Origin: the human T2T-CHM13v2.0 reference genome, Homo sapiens | NCBI RefSeq assembly: GCF_009914755.1 | Contig: NC_060930.1 | Direction: 5' to 3' (one strand) | Length of the DNA: 64,000 bases | Shown here: positions 25,861-40,810 of the stretch, piece after piece | Numbering within the stretch: the first letter of the stretch is position 1 | Layout of the letters: each line of letters begins with the position of its first letter | Made by a program: the position numbers and the translations under genes | Notes under the pieces: generated by a model | Database searches by the model: none | Told to the model about the DNA's origin: nothing | The model's input: only the letters and a program-made list of their open reading frames with translations

Positions 25861-27030
25861 CAATTACTATGGGTCAGGCAGAGGTCCAAATCTTTTTTTT
25901 TGAAACGGAGTCTTGCTCTGTCACCCACGCTGGAGGGCAGTGGTGCGATCTTGACTCACTGCAACCTCCGCCTCCGGGTTCAAGCAATTCTCCTGCCTCA
26001 GCCTCCGGAGTAGCTGGGATTACAGGCACACACCACCACACCCAGCTAATTTTTGTATTTTTAGTAAAGACGGGGTTTCACCATGTTGGCCAGGCTGATC
26101 TCAAACTCCTGACCTCAGGTGATTTGCCTGCCTCAGCCTCCCAAAGTGCTGGGATTATAGGCGTGAGCCACCGCGCCCGGCCCCCAAATCTTTATACTAT
26201 CGATTTACCTAATTCCCATTTAACAACTGGTGCCCTTATGTTATATATGAGAAAGCTGAGGCACAGAGACAGTAACTTGCCATATGTCACACAGCAGAGG
26301 CTTTGAACTTTGCTCTTCACCACTACTTTGGCTATCACAAAGCAAAATCCTTATCTCCCTGTGTAAAGTCAACAGATAATGATTAAAGGTTAAAAAAAAT
26401 TGAGAGAGAGGTAACAAAACCCAAAAATCAGTTGAAAGAATTGAAACAGATTGCCTCTGGGGAGTCAAGGAAGGAAGAAAAAGGTCTAGAACCCCTTGTT
26501 GCTTTTAACAAGCTGACAGAACTACTTTACTCTTTAAACCATACATTTGTAATTTGGATAAAATGAAAATTAAATAAGGAAATGTACTTCCCCTTTAAAA
26601 ACACCTTTAAGTACACATTAAAACTCTGAGTTTCAGCTGGGTACAGTAGCTCACACCTGTAATCCCAGCACTTTGGGAGGCCAGGCAGGAGGATCAGTTG
26701 AGCCCAGGAGTTCACAACCAGCATGAGCAAGTTGGTGAGATCCCCCCATCTCCACACACATACACACAAAAAAATTTTTTTAATTAAATTCTGACTGAGG
26801 CCCTGAATAACTGGACATGCGCACCAATGCAACTCAAAAAAAAGTGCAAAAACAGGCCGAGCGCAGTGGCTCACGCAAGTAATCCCAGCACTTTCGGAGG
26901 CCCAGGTGGGCTAATCACCTGAGGTTAAGAGTTCTAGACCAGCCCGGCTAACATGGTGAAACTCTGTCTCTACTAAAAATGCAAAAATCAGCCAGGCGTG
27001 GTAGTGGGCACCTGTCATTACAGCTACTCA

Positions 27031-27225
<195 letters not shown>

Positions 27226-28273
27226 TCAAATCATCAGGGAAATGTACATTTTTCAATGAATGGGAAAACTGACTAATCATCTGGAAAACATGTTAAGGTA
27301 CTAACATTGAAAAAAATTCAGCTATATAAAATATTTATATGTAAATTGTGCAGTCATAAAGAAAACAGAAGTGAATTTTATATAACAGGGAAAGAATTAT
27401 TTCTCCCCCTCCCACTGCCCCTCCCCGCCACACCGCTGCTGCACTTTAAAGCAGAAATCAAAAAGGAAAAGACTGCTGGAGTCAATGTCATAAAAATTCA
27501 CCCAAAAAGTGCCACATAGTAAAAAACATTATAAACCAAGCGAGACAAACTGGAGGAACCATAAGAATCTAATAAGCTATTTTCCTTAATATACAAACAG
27601 CTCACATAAATCAATGAAGGAAAGAATGACAATCTGAGAGAGGTAGAGAGGAAAATACACAAGTTATAGAAAAATACAAAAGGCCAATAAAGATATGGAA
27701 AGATATCCAACCTCATTCATAATTACAGAAAAACAAATTAAAATGAATACATTTTAACCCACCAGGCCAGCAACAAGGAAGGTAAAGATACAGATAACTC
27801 TTCAGTTGGTTAAGAGTGTAGCAAAACTCTCGTCCATCAACAAAGTAGTGGTTAAATAAAATATGACCAACCACAATGGACATCCAATGCATCCAGTCAA
27901 AAAACAAAAACAGAAAACAAAAAACATGCTATCCATAACATACTGTGAAATTTAAAAATCAAGTTTGAGAACAGTATATATAGAGCTGGGCACAGGTAGC
28001 TCATCCCAGTAACTCCAGCATGTTGAGAGGCTGAGGTGGAGGATCACCCAGGAGTTCCAGACCAGCCTGGGTAACATAGCAAGACATTGTCTCTACAAAA
28101 AAAAAAATGCTGGGCATGGCAGCACATTCCTGTAGTCCCAGCTACTAGGGAGGCTGAGGCAGGAGGATAATTTGAGTCTGGGAGGTTGAGGCTGCAGTGA
28201 GCCATGATTCTAGGACTGTACTCTAGCCTGGGCAACAGAGCAAGACCCTTTCTCTCTCTCCATTTATATGTAC

Positions 28274-28367
28274 AGATAGATATAGCTAGCTAGCTAGCTA
28301 GATAGATAGATATAGCTAGCTAGCTAGCTAGCTAGATAGATAGATATGCAAAGAGAGAGAGAGAGAG
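28274..28367. repeat. Compound (TAGA)/(TAGC)n/(GA)n microsatellite
   Basis: Read directly from the sequence. Confidence 0.93.
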
Positions 28368-28970
28368 ATTTTTTTAAAGACAAGGTCTCACTTTGTCACC
28401 TAGGCTCCAGAGCAGTGGCACGACCTCAGCTCACTGCAGCCTCGACCTCCTGGGCTCAAGTGATCCAACTGCCTCAGCCTCCCAAGTAGCTGGGACTACA
28501 GGTGCACACCACCTCGCCCAGCTAAACATACTTTCTTTGAAAATAAAAATTTCAGTACATATATAAAATATAGCCATCACACACACAAAAGAAATAAGAC
28601 TTCACCAGCAATCAAGGAAACACAAAATAAAACAAGTAACACCTTTTATCTATCAGATAAATCTACCTGGTAAAGATAAAAACATAATTATCCAAAATCA
28701 GGCTTTCTACTGCCTGTTAAAATTAATTGGTACATACTTCTTGGGGGCAATCTGGCAATGTTTATCAAGAACCTTCAAAAGGGCATACCTTGACCTGCCA
28801 ATTCCGCTTCTCGGAATTTGCCCCAAATAAATACATGGGTTTTATGTCACAATTAAAAAAAAAAAAAAAAGAATTGAAGGCTGGGCACAGTGGCTCACAT
28901 CTATAATCCTAGCACTTTGGGAGGCCAAGGCAGGCAGATCACCTGAGGTCAGGAGTTCAAGACCAGCCTA

Positions 28971-29252
<282 letters not shown>

Positions 29253-29865
29253 TTACAGAATACTCAAATAATGGGACGTTAGGAGTCATGAAAAACAGAT
29301 ATGGAAAGATAACTATAATATATTTAAGTTAAAAAGTAGGCTGTAAAGCAGTATGTATCCATGATTATACTCCAATTTGAAATATATAATATGCATATTA
29401 GTAGCTATATATATGAACACACACTGACAAGTTATTAGCTTTTAGTATTACAAGCAGCTTTACTGTTTTTTGTTGTTGTTGTTCCCCAAAGTATAATGCC
29501 ATTTATTAAAAACAAAACAGGGCCGGTCACCACGGCTCATGCCTGTAATCCCAGAACTTTGGGATGCTGAGGTGGGAAGATTGCTTGCACCCAGGAGTTC
29601 GAGGCCAGTCTGGACAATATGACAAAACCCCCTATGTACAAAAAATACAAAAATTAGCCAGGTGTGGTGGCACGTGCCTTTAATCCCAGCTACTTGACGG
29701 GCTGAGGTCAAAGGATCAGTTAAGCCCAGGAGGTCGAGGCTGCAGTGAGCTGTGATCACACCACTGCACTCTAGCGTGAGTGACAGTGAGATCCTGCCTC
29801 CAAAAAAAAAAAAAAAAAAAAAAAAGTGTTGCGATTACAGGTGTGCACCACTGTGTCTGGCCTGA

Positions 29866-30197
<332 letters not shown>

Positions 30198-30199
30198 TA

Positions 30200-30345
30200 A
30201 TTTATTTTTATTTTTCAACTTTTATTTTAGGTTCAGGGAGTACAAACATGTGCAGGTTTGTTACATGGGTAAATTGCATGTCACTGGGGTTTGGTATACA
30301 AATGATTTCATCACTCAGAAAATGAGCATAGTACTATCCGATAGG
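30200..30345 (-). mobile_element. Primate L1 3' end fragment
   Basis: acatgtgcaggtttgttacatgggtaaattgcatgtcactggggtttgg. Confidence 0.8.
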
Positions 30346-30484
30346 GCTTCATTCTGAATTTGTTGGGTTTTTATATCCAACATTATTACTTTTACAATTG
30401 AGTATAAAAAAAAGAAATTTCAGCCAGGCGAGGTGGCTCACACCTGTAATCCCAGCACTTTGGGAGGCCGAGGCAGGTGGATCA

Positions 30485-31020
<536 letters not shown>

Positions 31021-31492
31021 GAAATGGCAAAATACAAATTAAAACAGGATCACATTTTTTACCTATGAAATTGGAAAAAAAATATATTATGCGCTACATT
31101 GATGAGATGGTCAAAGAAATACTCACTTGTTACGGTAATGGCAGAAATACAAATGCGTCCAATCTTTATGAGGTGTAAGACAATTTGGCAATTAAGTATT
31201 AAGAGCATTAAAAGCCATGTTTATATTTAGCCCAGCAATCCTCAGCCCAGCAATCTAATTCTAGGAATAAATTGTAAGGAAACAGGGATGCAAGCAAAGA
31301 TTTAACTACAAGAAATGTTCAATACTGAATTTATATTGAAAAAAAATTTTAAACAATCTAGATATCCAACAAAAAGATTATTAATCATATCTATGTAATA
31401 GAATACTACAAAATCTTTAAAGTGTTGAATTATATTTATTAAGACTGGGAAAATGGTTATATCATTCAGTGAAGAACAGATTACACAACAAG

Positions 31493-31938
31493 GTGTGCAA
31501 TAGGTTAAACACTATCTCCCCAAAATTCACGTCCATCCAGAACCTCAGAATGCAACCTTATTTGGAAATAGGGTCTTTGCAGATGTAATCAGTTAAGATG
31601 AGGTCATACAAGATTAGGGTGGGCCTTAAATCCAACTGACTGGTATCCTTATAAGGGGAAGGAGATTTGGAGACACACAAGGAAAGCCATGTGACTAATA
31701 AGGCAGACACTAGAGTGATACAGCTACAAGCCAAGGAAGGCCAAAGATTGGAAGGAGCCACCAAAAGCCAAAAAGAGGCAAGAAGGGATGCTGCCCTAGA
31801 AACTTCAGAGGGATCATGGACCTGCTAACACCCTCAAATTGGAACTTCTAGTTTCTCAAACTATAAGGAAGTTAATTTCTGTAGGTTTAAGCCACCCAGT
31901 TTGTGTTGTTTCTTAAGCAACACTAGGAAACTTATACA
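31493..31938 (+). mobile_element. MLT1B/C-like solo LTR
   Basis: ccttatttggaaatagggtctttgcagatgtaat..gttaagatgaggtcatac..tttaagccacccagtttgtg. Confidence 0.85.
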
Positions 31939-31949
31939 ATGTGTGAAAC

Positions 31950-32142
31950 ACAGTAATCAGAAGCACAGGCTACTTATGTTTGAATTCCATTTCCACCCAT
32001 GTGACTTCAGGTTATTTAACCTCTCTAAGCCTCTTTTCCTTTTGTAAAAAATGAGGATAACAATATTCATTTCCTAGAATTATTGTATTAAATTATACAT
32101 TAAATATAAATCACTTAAAACAGTATCTAGAATATAGTAAAT
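31950..32142 (+). mobile_element. MIR
   Basis: gtgacttcaggttatttaacctctctaagcctc..tgtaaaaaatgaggataac. Confidence 0.75.
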
Positions 32143-32661
32143 GCCCCACTTTTATAAAGCAAGCACAAGTACAACACACACACAAAATATGTTATTAGAA
32201 TATACATATAACAAAAGGTTAACATTTTTATCTCTGGGTCCCATTATTATCGCTTATTTTTTTGTTTATTTGTTTTGTTTACCAGTTCTTTCTAATTTAT
32301 CTGCAATGAACATAAATCATGTCTTTTTTTGTTTTTTTTGGAGACAGAGTCTCGCTCTGCTGCCCAGACTGGAGTGCAGTGGCGCCATCTCGGCTCACTG
32401 AAACCTCTGCCTCCTAGGCTCAAGTGATTCTCCTGCCTCAGCCTCCTGAGTAGCTGGGATTACAGGCACCTGGCTAAATTTTGTATTTTTAGTAGAAACA
32501 AGGTTTCACCACGTTGGCCAGGCTGGTCTCGAACTCCTGACCTCAAGTGATCTGCCTGCCTCGGCCTCCCAAAGGTGTGAGCCATCACGACTGGCCTATT
32601 TTTTATTTTTATATTTTTTTCTATTTTTTTTAACTTTTTGCCAACATTCGGATCCTAACAA

Positions 32662-32775
32662 TTTTTTTTTCTTCAGAGCAGGAGTGAAAGTTTATTTTAA
32701 AAGGCTTTAGAACAGGAAAGAAAGAAAAAGTACACCTGGAAGAGACCCAAGCAGGCAACTTGAAGGACAAGTGCT
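32662..32775 (-). mobile_element. Polyadenylated ERV LTR fragment (U3/R end)
   Basis: Minus strand reads ..ctcttccaggtgtacttt..AATAAActttcactcctgctctgaag-A9. Family not determined. Confidence 0.6.
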
Positions 32776-33877
32776 GTTTATGTCATAAAAAAATACAATC
32801 ATTTTAAAAATTTAAAAATAAGGTAGGGCTTCCCTGTCACAGTTGCATGCAAACCCCAACCCCCAGCCAGTGGTTTCCACTCTTCTCAAGGCCTGTTATC
32901 AAAGGGTTTAAAAAAAAAAGTAAAAAATAAAATTTACTTTAGAAAATAAAATGCTGACCAGAAAGCACTTTAGAAGCACATCATGTATCATTCAATCAAT
33001 CATTAGAAGGTGGTTGCTTCATAAGAGGCTGACCTCTTATGAATCACTGACCTCAAGCACAATAATTCAAGTGTGAACCCTCAGAAACACTTGACAGACC
33101 TCAGGCTCAAAACACACTAAAAAAAGCACAACTATTCATTTTAAAAGGTGGGTTTTTTAAACCTCAATACATAGTGGGGCTGACCCTCTATATTTGGGAA
33201 TAAACTGCCCCCCCTCCCAAGACAAACATTAACTTTGGCAAATGAGAACACCATTTACTAAATCAATTACCCTTCCAACAAGTGAAAAACGTATTCATCT
33301 TCTCTGCACAAGGTGATTTAGAAAGAGTTTAAACCCTTTCACCGGGTGTGGCGGCTCATGCCTGAAATCCCAGCACTTTGGGAGGCCAAGGCAGGAGAAT
33401 TGGTTGAGCTCAGGAGTTTGAGACCAGTCTGCCAACATAGCAAGACCCCGTCTCATTTTAAAAATAAAAAAATAAAAATAAAGAGTTAAACCTTTTCAGT
33501 TTTAGTCCTGTTGCATTTTGGGTTTCTTGTTCTCCAACAATATTGTAAATAATATTGTCAGACGAGCTTACTACTAGATAGTTTACTTATTAACAAAGCA
33601 AAACTAAGTTTTAATAAAATTATACATAATTACTGGGTAAGAATTTGTTGCTTAATCAGAAGGGATTTTACTATATTTCAAATGACCAAAGTCCACCACT
33701 ACATTTTTTTTTTTTTTTTTTTTTTTGAGACAGAGCCTTGCTCTGTCTTCCAGGCTGGAGTGCAGTGCTGCGACCTCAGCTCACTGCAACTCTGCCTCCC
33801 AGGTTCAAGCGATTCACCTGACTCAGCCTCCCAAGTAGTTGGGATTACAGGTGCATGCCACCACACCCCACTAATTC

Positions 33878-33911
<34 letters not shown>

Positions 33912-34665
33912 TTTTTTTTTTCTAGAGACGGGGTTTCACCATGTTGGCCAGGCTGGTCTCGAACTCCTGACTTCATGATCCGCCCGCCTGGCCTCCCAAA
34001 GTGCTGGGATTACAGGCATGAGCCACCACGCCCAGCCTTGTCTGTTTTAAGACAGGGTCTTGCTCTGTCACCCAAGCTGGAGTGCAATGGGGCAATCTCA
34101 GCTCCCTGCAACCTCTGTTTTTTTGTTTTTTTTTTTTTTTTTTTTGAGACAGTCTCGCTCTGTCGCCCAGGCTGGAGTGCGGTGGCGCGATCTCGGCCCA
34201 CTGCAAGCTCCGCCTCCCGGGTTCACGCCATTCTCCTCCCTCAGCCTCCTGAGTAGCTGGGACTACAGGCGCCCGCCACCAGGCCCAGCTAATTTTTTTG
34301 TATTTTTAGTAGAGACACGGTTTCACCATATTAGCCAGGACGGTCTCGATCTCCTGACCTCGTGATCTGCCCACCTCGGCCTCCCAAAGTACAGGGATTA
34401 CAGGGGTGAGCCACCGCGCCCAGCCAATCTCTGTCTTCTGAAGTGATCCTCTCATCTCAGCCTCCCAAGTAGCTGGGACTACAAGTGCACGCCACCATGC
34501 CCAGCTAATTTTTGTATTTTTTGTAGAGTTGGGGTCTCCCTATGTGGCCTAGGCTAGCCTCAAACTCCTAGACTCACACAATTTGCCTGCCTCGGCCTCC
34601 CAAAGTGCTGGGATTACAGACATGAGCCACCACACCCAGCACATTGTTAATTCTTTAAAATATCG

Positions 34666-34770
34666 ATCCTTTTGTAGTCCATAAGCGTGATGATTGAGTG
34701 TTCACACTTATGTGAGACACGTGCCCTCCCTCAAACCTTGTTATGACATTGGCACATTATTTCTCTGATG
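34666..34770 (+). pseudogene. U13/SNORD13 snoRNA retrocopy 1
   Basis: atccttttgtagtccataagcgTGATGAttg...aaaccttgttatgac...gcacatta...CTGA followed by an A tail. Colinear with U13. Confidence 0.88.
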
Positions 34771-35254
34771 TGAAAAAAAATAAAGTTAAAAAAAAAATCC
34801 AGTCAGAGCAACACAGGGAGACCCCATCTCTACAAAAAATTTTAAAAATTAGCCAGGCATGGTGACACACATCTGTAGTCCCAGCTATTTGGGAGGTTGA
34901 GATGGGAGGATTGCTGTTACCCCAACAAAAAAAAAACAAAAACAGGACGTTGCCTATAAAAACCTACCTTTTTGACCCTGTCTCAAAAAAATATATATAT
35001 ACACACACACACATATAAATACACACGTGTTTATGTGTATTTGTATATATGTGTATGTGTATATATATGTATATATGAACAGCCTATCCAAGTACCTTGA
35101 CAACTAAATTCAGTTCCCACTCAAACAATGGAGGTATAAGGGCCTTGTTATCTACTACCCTGAAGAGCAAAGACAATCAAAAGCAATAACCACAGCTGTT
35201 TAAAGGTTTATATATATAATTTTACATACATATTCATGCATAGAAAATTCTGTT

Positions 35255-35400
35255 ATATATATGCACATACATACATATATATATACATATATATACATAT
35301 ATATACATATATATATACATATATATACATATATATATACATATATATACATATATATATACACATATATATACATATATATGTGTATATATATATATAT
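35255..35400. repeat. (TA)n/(TATATACA)n AT-rich tandem repeat
   Basis: ~145 nt of alternating TA with periodic CA. A second TA/TG tract lies at ~34991-35078. Confidence 0.95.
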
Positions 35401-35526
35401 TGCACAGAATATTCTGTGCAATGGGGCAATCTCAGCTCCGAATATAATGCACAGAAAGGTCTGAAGAAATTGTTAGCAGTGGCTATATCTGGAAACAGGA
35501 GGGGTTTATACTTCTCATCTTTAGTA

Positions 35527-36165
35527 CAGGGGTTACAAATGAGTAGCCCAAGGGCTACATTCTGCCTGCAGATGTGCTTTATATTTGGTCTTCAGTGTTT
35601 TAAAAATACTTGAATTAATTGCCAACATTTAAAAATCAGGATATTTCAGCTGGTCACAGTGGCTCATGCCTGTAATCCCAGCACTTTGGGAGGACAAGGT
35701 GGGCAGACAGCTTGAGCTCTGGAGTTTGAGACCAGCCTGGGCAACATGGCAAGACCCTGTCTCTACTAAAAATACAAAAACATAACCGGCCATGGTGGCA
35801 GGTGCCTGTGGTCCCAGCTACTTGGGAGGCTGAGGTGGGAGGATCACTTAGAGCCCAGGGAGGCATATGGGGGAGGGGAGGTTGCAGTGAGCAGTGATCC
35901 CGCCAATGCACTCCAGCCTGGGTGACAGAGCTCTGTACCCCACCCCCCAAAAAAACAAAAAACCAGGACATTTCCTATAAAAACCTATATTTTTTACTTC
36001 TCTTGAAAAAAAATAGAAAAATCTAACACTGGACCCCCATTCTAGCAGGGCAATATTTAAGGCAAATATCAGACATGCTCTTTATAAAGGCAAGGCTTTC
36101 CAGTTCACACACCTTCAATTGTTACCCATCTGGCACCTAAACATATATTAGTTTGCAACCCCTGT
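35527..36165 (+). mobile_element. hAT-Charlie DNA transposon fossil (MER102-like) split by an Alu (~35648-35960)
   Basis: caggggttacaaa 5' end, tttgcaacccctg 3' end, and gttgccaacatttaaaaatcagg-like interior. TSD aaaatcaggatatttc / aaaaccaggacatttc flanks the Alu. Confidence 0.6.
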
Positions 36166-36367
36166 TTAAACTATTCTAAACTATTTGAACTTATTATGCG
36201 CTTATATGACTTTTTAAAGTTTTTCCTCAATGGAAACACAATGGCAATGATCTAAGAGAACTTTAGAGAGCTTACAAAATATTTTTGTCCATTCACATCT
36301 AAATTACTGAGTAACATAGGCATAAGAAAAAAATTAAGCCTTTTCTCCCATCTACCCTTACACATTA

Positions 36368-37135
36368 CTTCAACAAATGTTTACTGAGCACCTATGTACA
36401 AAGTAGTGCGTAAGAGGCTTAGGGAGAAACAAAGGCTGTTAGGGGGCACTGTCCTCTTAAAAGTGTGTTTCTATACATAATAAACACTATAAAAAAGGAA
36501 AGAGTGGAGTTCAAAGAAGAGTACACTGCTAAGAACAGGATCAGTATGTCAATTTCAGAAAAACGATAGGACTTCTTCAGGTAGAAAGGAAAGAATAGCA
36601 TTCTAAGTAGGAGAAACAAGTTTAAAATTGGGAGAGCAAAAGTTTACGTGGGAATGAGCAGCAGCCTAGTTTGAACACAGCAGAGAAAAGCAGAATATTC
36701 ACTACAAAGATACGCCAGGAAAGGTAGAAGTAGGTAAACTGGGACCAGTCTTTGCAGGGTCCTAAATGAATGTCAAGCTAAAGCTTGCTGTTCTGTATCT
36801 GGGAAGCAACAAGGCCCTGTTAGAGGTTTCTAAGAAGGGTCTAGATTGAAGCTGTGATTTAGAAAGACTGATCTAGCAGTGGTATGTCCACAAAATAGAC
36901 TGGAAGGAAGAAAGCCACTTGTAGAAAACCGATTTGGACTATGCCTATGTTACTCTGTTAAACTAGTAACATAATCTGCAAACTAAGGCGGTGGCAGTGG
37001 GAATGGAAAAAAAGAGACATTTGGGAAGTACACTGTCAAATCCAGGTGGAAATTAACTGGATTTAGCAAATGAACTGGGGTGTCCAGAAAAGAGAGGGCC
37101 TTAAAGATAACTCAGTTCAAGTCTAATTTCTGGGA
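36368..37135 (-). mobile_element. L2 3' region
   Basis: ttcaacaaatgtttactgagcacctatgt start, followed by L2-like purine-rich sequence (tttagaaagactgatctagcag). Confidence 0.7.
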
Positions 37136-37180
37136 GACCAAAAACTGGCTGGAGTAAGGAAAAGGATAAATTGACCTTTT

Positions 37181-37509
37181 ATTATTTTTATTTTTTAATT
37201 TTTTTGATTTTTTATTTTTTTAAAGACTGAGTCTTGCTATGGAGTGCAGTGGCTATTCACAGATGTAATCCCACTACTGATCAGCACGGGACTTTTGACC
37301 TGCTCCATTTCTGACCTGGGCTGGCTCACCCCCTCCTTAGGCAACCTGGTGGTCTCCCGCTCCCGGGAGATCACCATACTGATATCGAACTTAGTACAGA
37401 CACCCAAATGGCATAGCACACTACAGCCCAGAACTCCTGGGCTCAAGCAATCCTCCCGCCTCAGCATCCCAAGTAGCTAAGACTACAAGCGTGCACCACC
37501 GCACCTGGC
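37181..37509 (-). pseudogene. RN7SL200P: 7SL (SRP RNA) retropseudogene
   Basis: Contains the non-Alu S domain (reverse complement ...ctccttaggcaacctggtggtctcccgctcccgggag...), an A-rich tail, and 13-nt TSD aaattgacctttt (37168-37180, 37510-37522). The symbol is from recollection of the locus. Confidence 0.9.
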
Positions 37510-38435
37510 AAATTGACCTTTTAAACACATCTAGTTTTGAATGCCAACAGAACATTCATAAGTTTCCTGCCCCAACCAGAAAATCCTGCACACTTTTTTT
37601 CTGCCCAACTTTTAGTGATGGCTGAAGAGAATAAAATATATATTTACTAAAAGTAAAGGATATATTTAATACAGAGCTAATGAGAGGCCAGTCCCAGAGC
37701 AGAAACATGATCAAAATTAAGCTCCACAAAATCAAGCTGGTTCCCACCTCATACCATACACAAAAATTAATTATACAAAATGGATATCCATATACAAAAT
37801 GGACCAACAACCTAAATATAAAGAACTAAAACTATAAAACTCTTAGCAGAAAACAAAGGGATAAATCTTCATGACCTTGGATTTGGTAATGAATTCTAAG
37901 ATATGACATCAAAAACACAAGCAAAGAAAAAAAGAATTGATATGGACCTCAGCACATTAGAAACATTTGTGAATCATAGGACATTGTCAAGAAAGTGAAA
38001 AGACAGCCTACAGAATGGGAGAAAACAGTGCAATTTATATACCCAATAAGGATTTCATATCCAGAATATATAAAGACTTCTTACAGGCCAGGTGTGGTGG
38101 CTCACACCTGTAATCCCAGCACTTTGGGAGGCTGAGGTGGGCGGATCATGAGGTCAGGAGATCGAGACCATCCTGGCTAACACAGTGAAACCCTGTCTCT
38201 ACAAAAATACAAAAAAATTAGCCGGGCGTGGTGGCGGGCGCCTGTAGTCCCAGCTACTCAGGAGGCTGAGGCAGGAGAATGGCGTGAACCCAGGAGGCGG
38301 AGCTTGCAGTGAGCCGAGATCGCGCCACCGCACTCCAGCCCGGGCAACAGAGTGAGAGTCCGTCTCAAAGAAAAAAAAAAAAGACTTCTTACAACTGAAC
38401 AACAAAAAGACAACCCAATTTAAAAATGGGCAAAG

Positions 38436-39213
<778 letters not shown>

Positions 39214-39459
39214 AAAATGCACAAAGGACTTAAATGGTTATTTCTCCAAAGAAGATATACAAATGGCCAAAAAGCACATAAAAATATGTTCGTATAATTA
39301 GTAATTAGAAAAATAAGAATCAAAATCATAATAAGGTACCAATCCATACCCACTAAGATGGCTATAGTTTTAAAAAGAAAAATATTGGCTGGGCGTGGTG
39401 GCTCACGCCTGTAATCCAAGCACTCTGGGAGGCCAAAGCAGGCAGGTCACCTAAGGTCA

Positions 39460-39732
<273 letters not shown>

Positions 39733-40446
39733 TTAAAAGAAGAAAGAAAAATAACAAGTGTTGGCAAAGATGTGGAGAAATTGCGACCAACTCATACACC
39801 GCGGTTGGGAATGTAAAATGATTCAGCCATCGTGGAAAAGAGTTTGGTGATTCCTCAAAAACAGATTGACCATATGACCCAAAATTTCCATTCCTAGATA
39901 CATACCCAAAGGAACTAAAAAAAGGTACTCAAACAAATACAGGTACACGCACATATTCAAAACTTTACTACTCAGAATAGTCAAAAGATAGAAACACCCC
40001 AAATGTCTACCAACGAATGAACAGATGAAACAAATTGTGATATGTATATACAATGGAATACTATCAAGCCATAAAAAAAGAGTGAGGCCAGGGGTGGGGG
40101 TTGGGGGGTGGCTCATGCCTGTAATCCCAAAACTTTGGGAGGCCAGTGCAGGTGGATCCCTTAAGCCCAGGAGTTCTAAACAAGCCTGGGCAACATGGCA
40201 AAATCCTGTCTGTACAAAAAGCACAAAAACTGGCTGGGCATGGTGGCTCATGCCTATATCCCAGCTACTTGGGAGACTGAGGTGGGAGGATGGATTGAGC
40301 CCAGGAGTCAAAGCTAAGGTTAGCCATGATAGCGCCAGTGCACTCCAGCCTGGGCAACAGAATGAGACCCTGTCTCAAAAAAAAAAAAAAAAAATGAAGT
40401 ACTGATACATACTACAACATGGATGAACCCTGAAAACATAATGCTA

Positions 40447-40810
<364 letters not shown>

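Noticed and set aside
35200-35613. Tyr/Ile-rich ORFs
   Set aside because: Translation of the (TA)n repeat.
37181-37509. Functional 7SL gene
   Set aside because: Many substitutions, a deletion of about 10 nt near the 3' end, a poly(A) tail and a TSD indicate a retrocopy.
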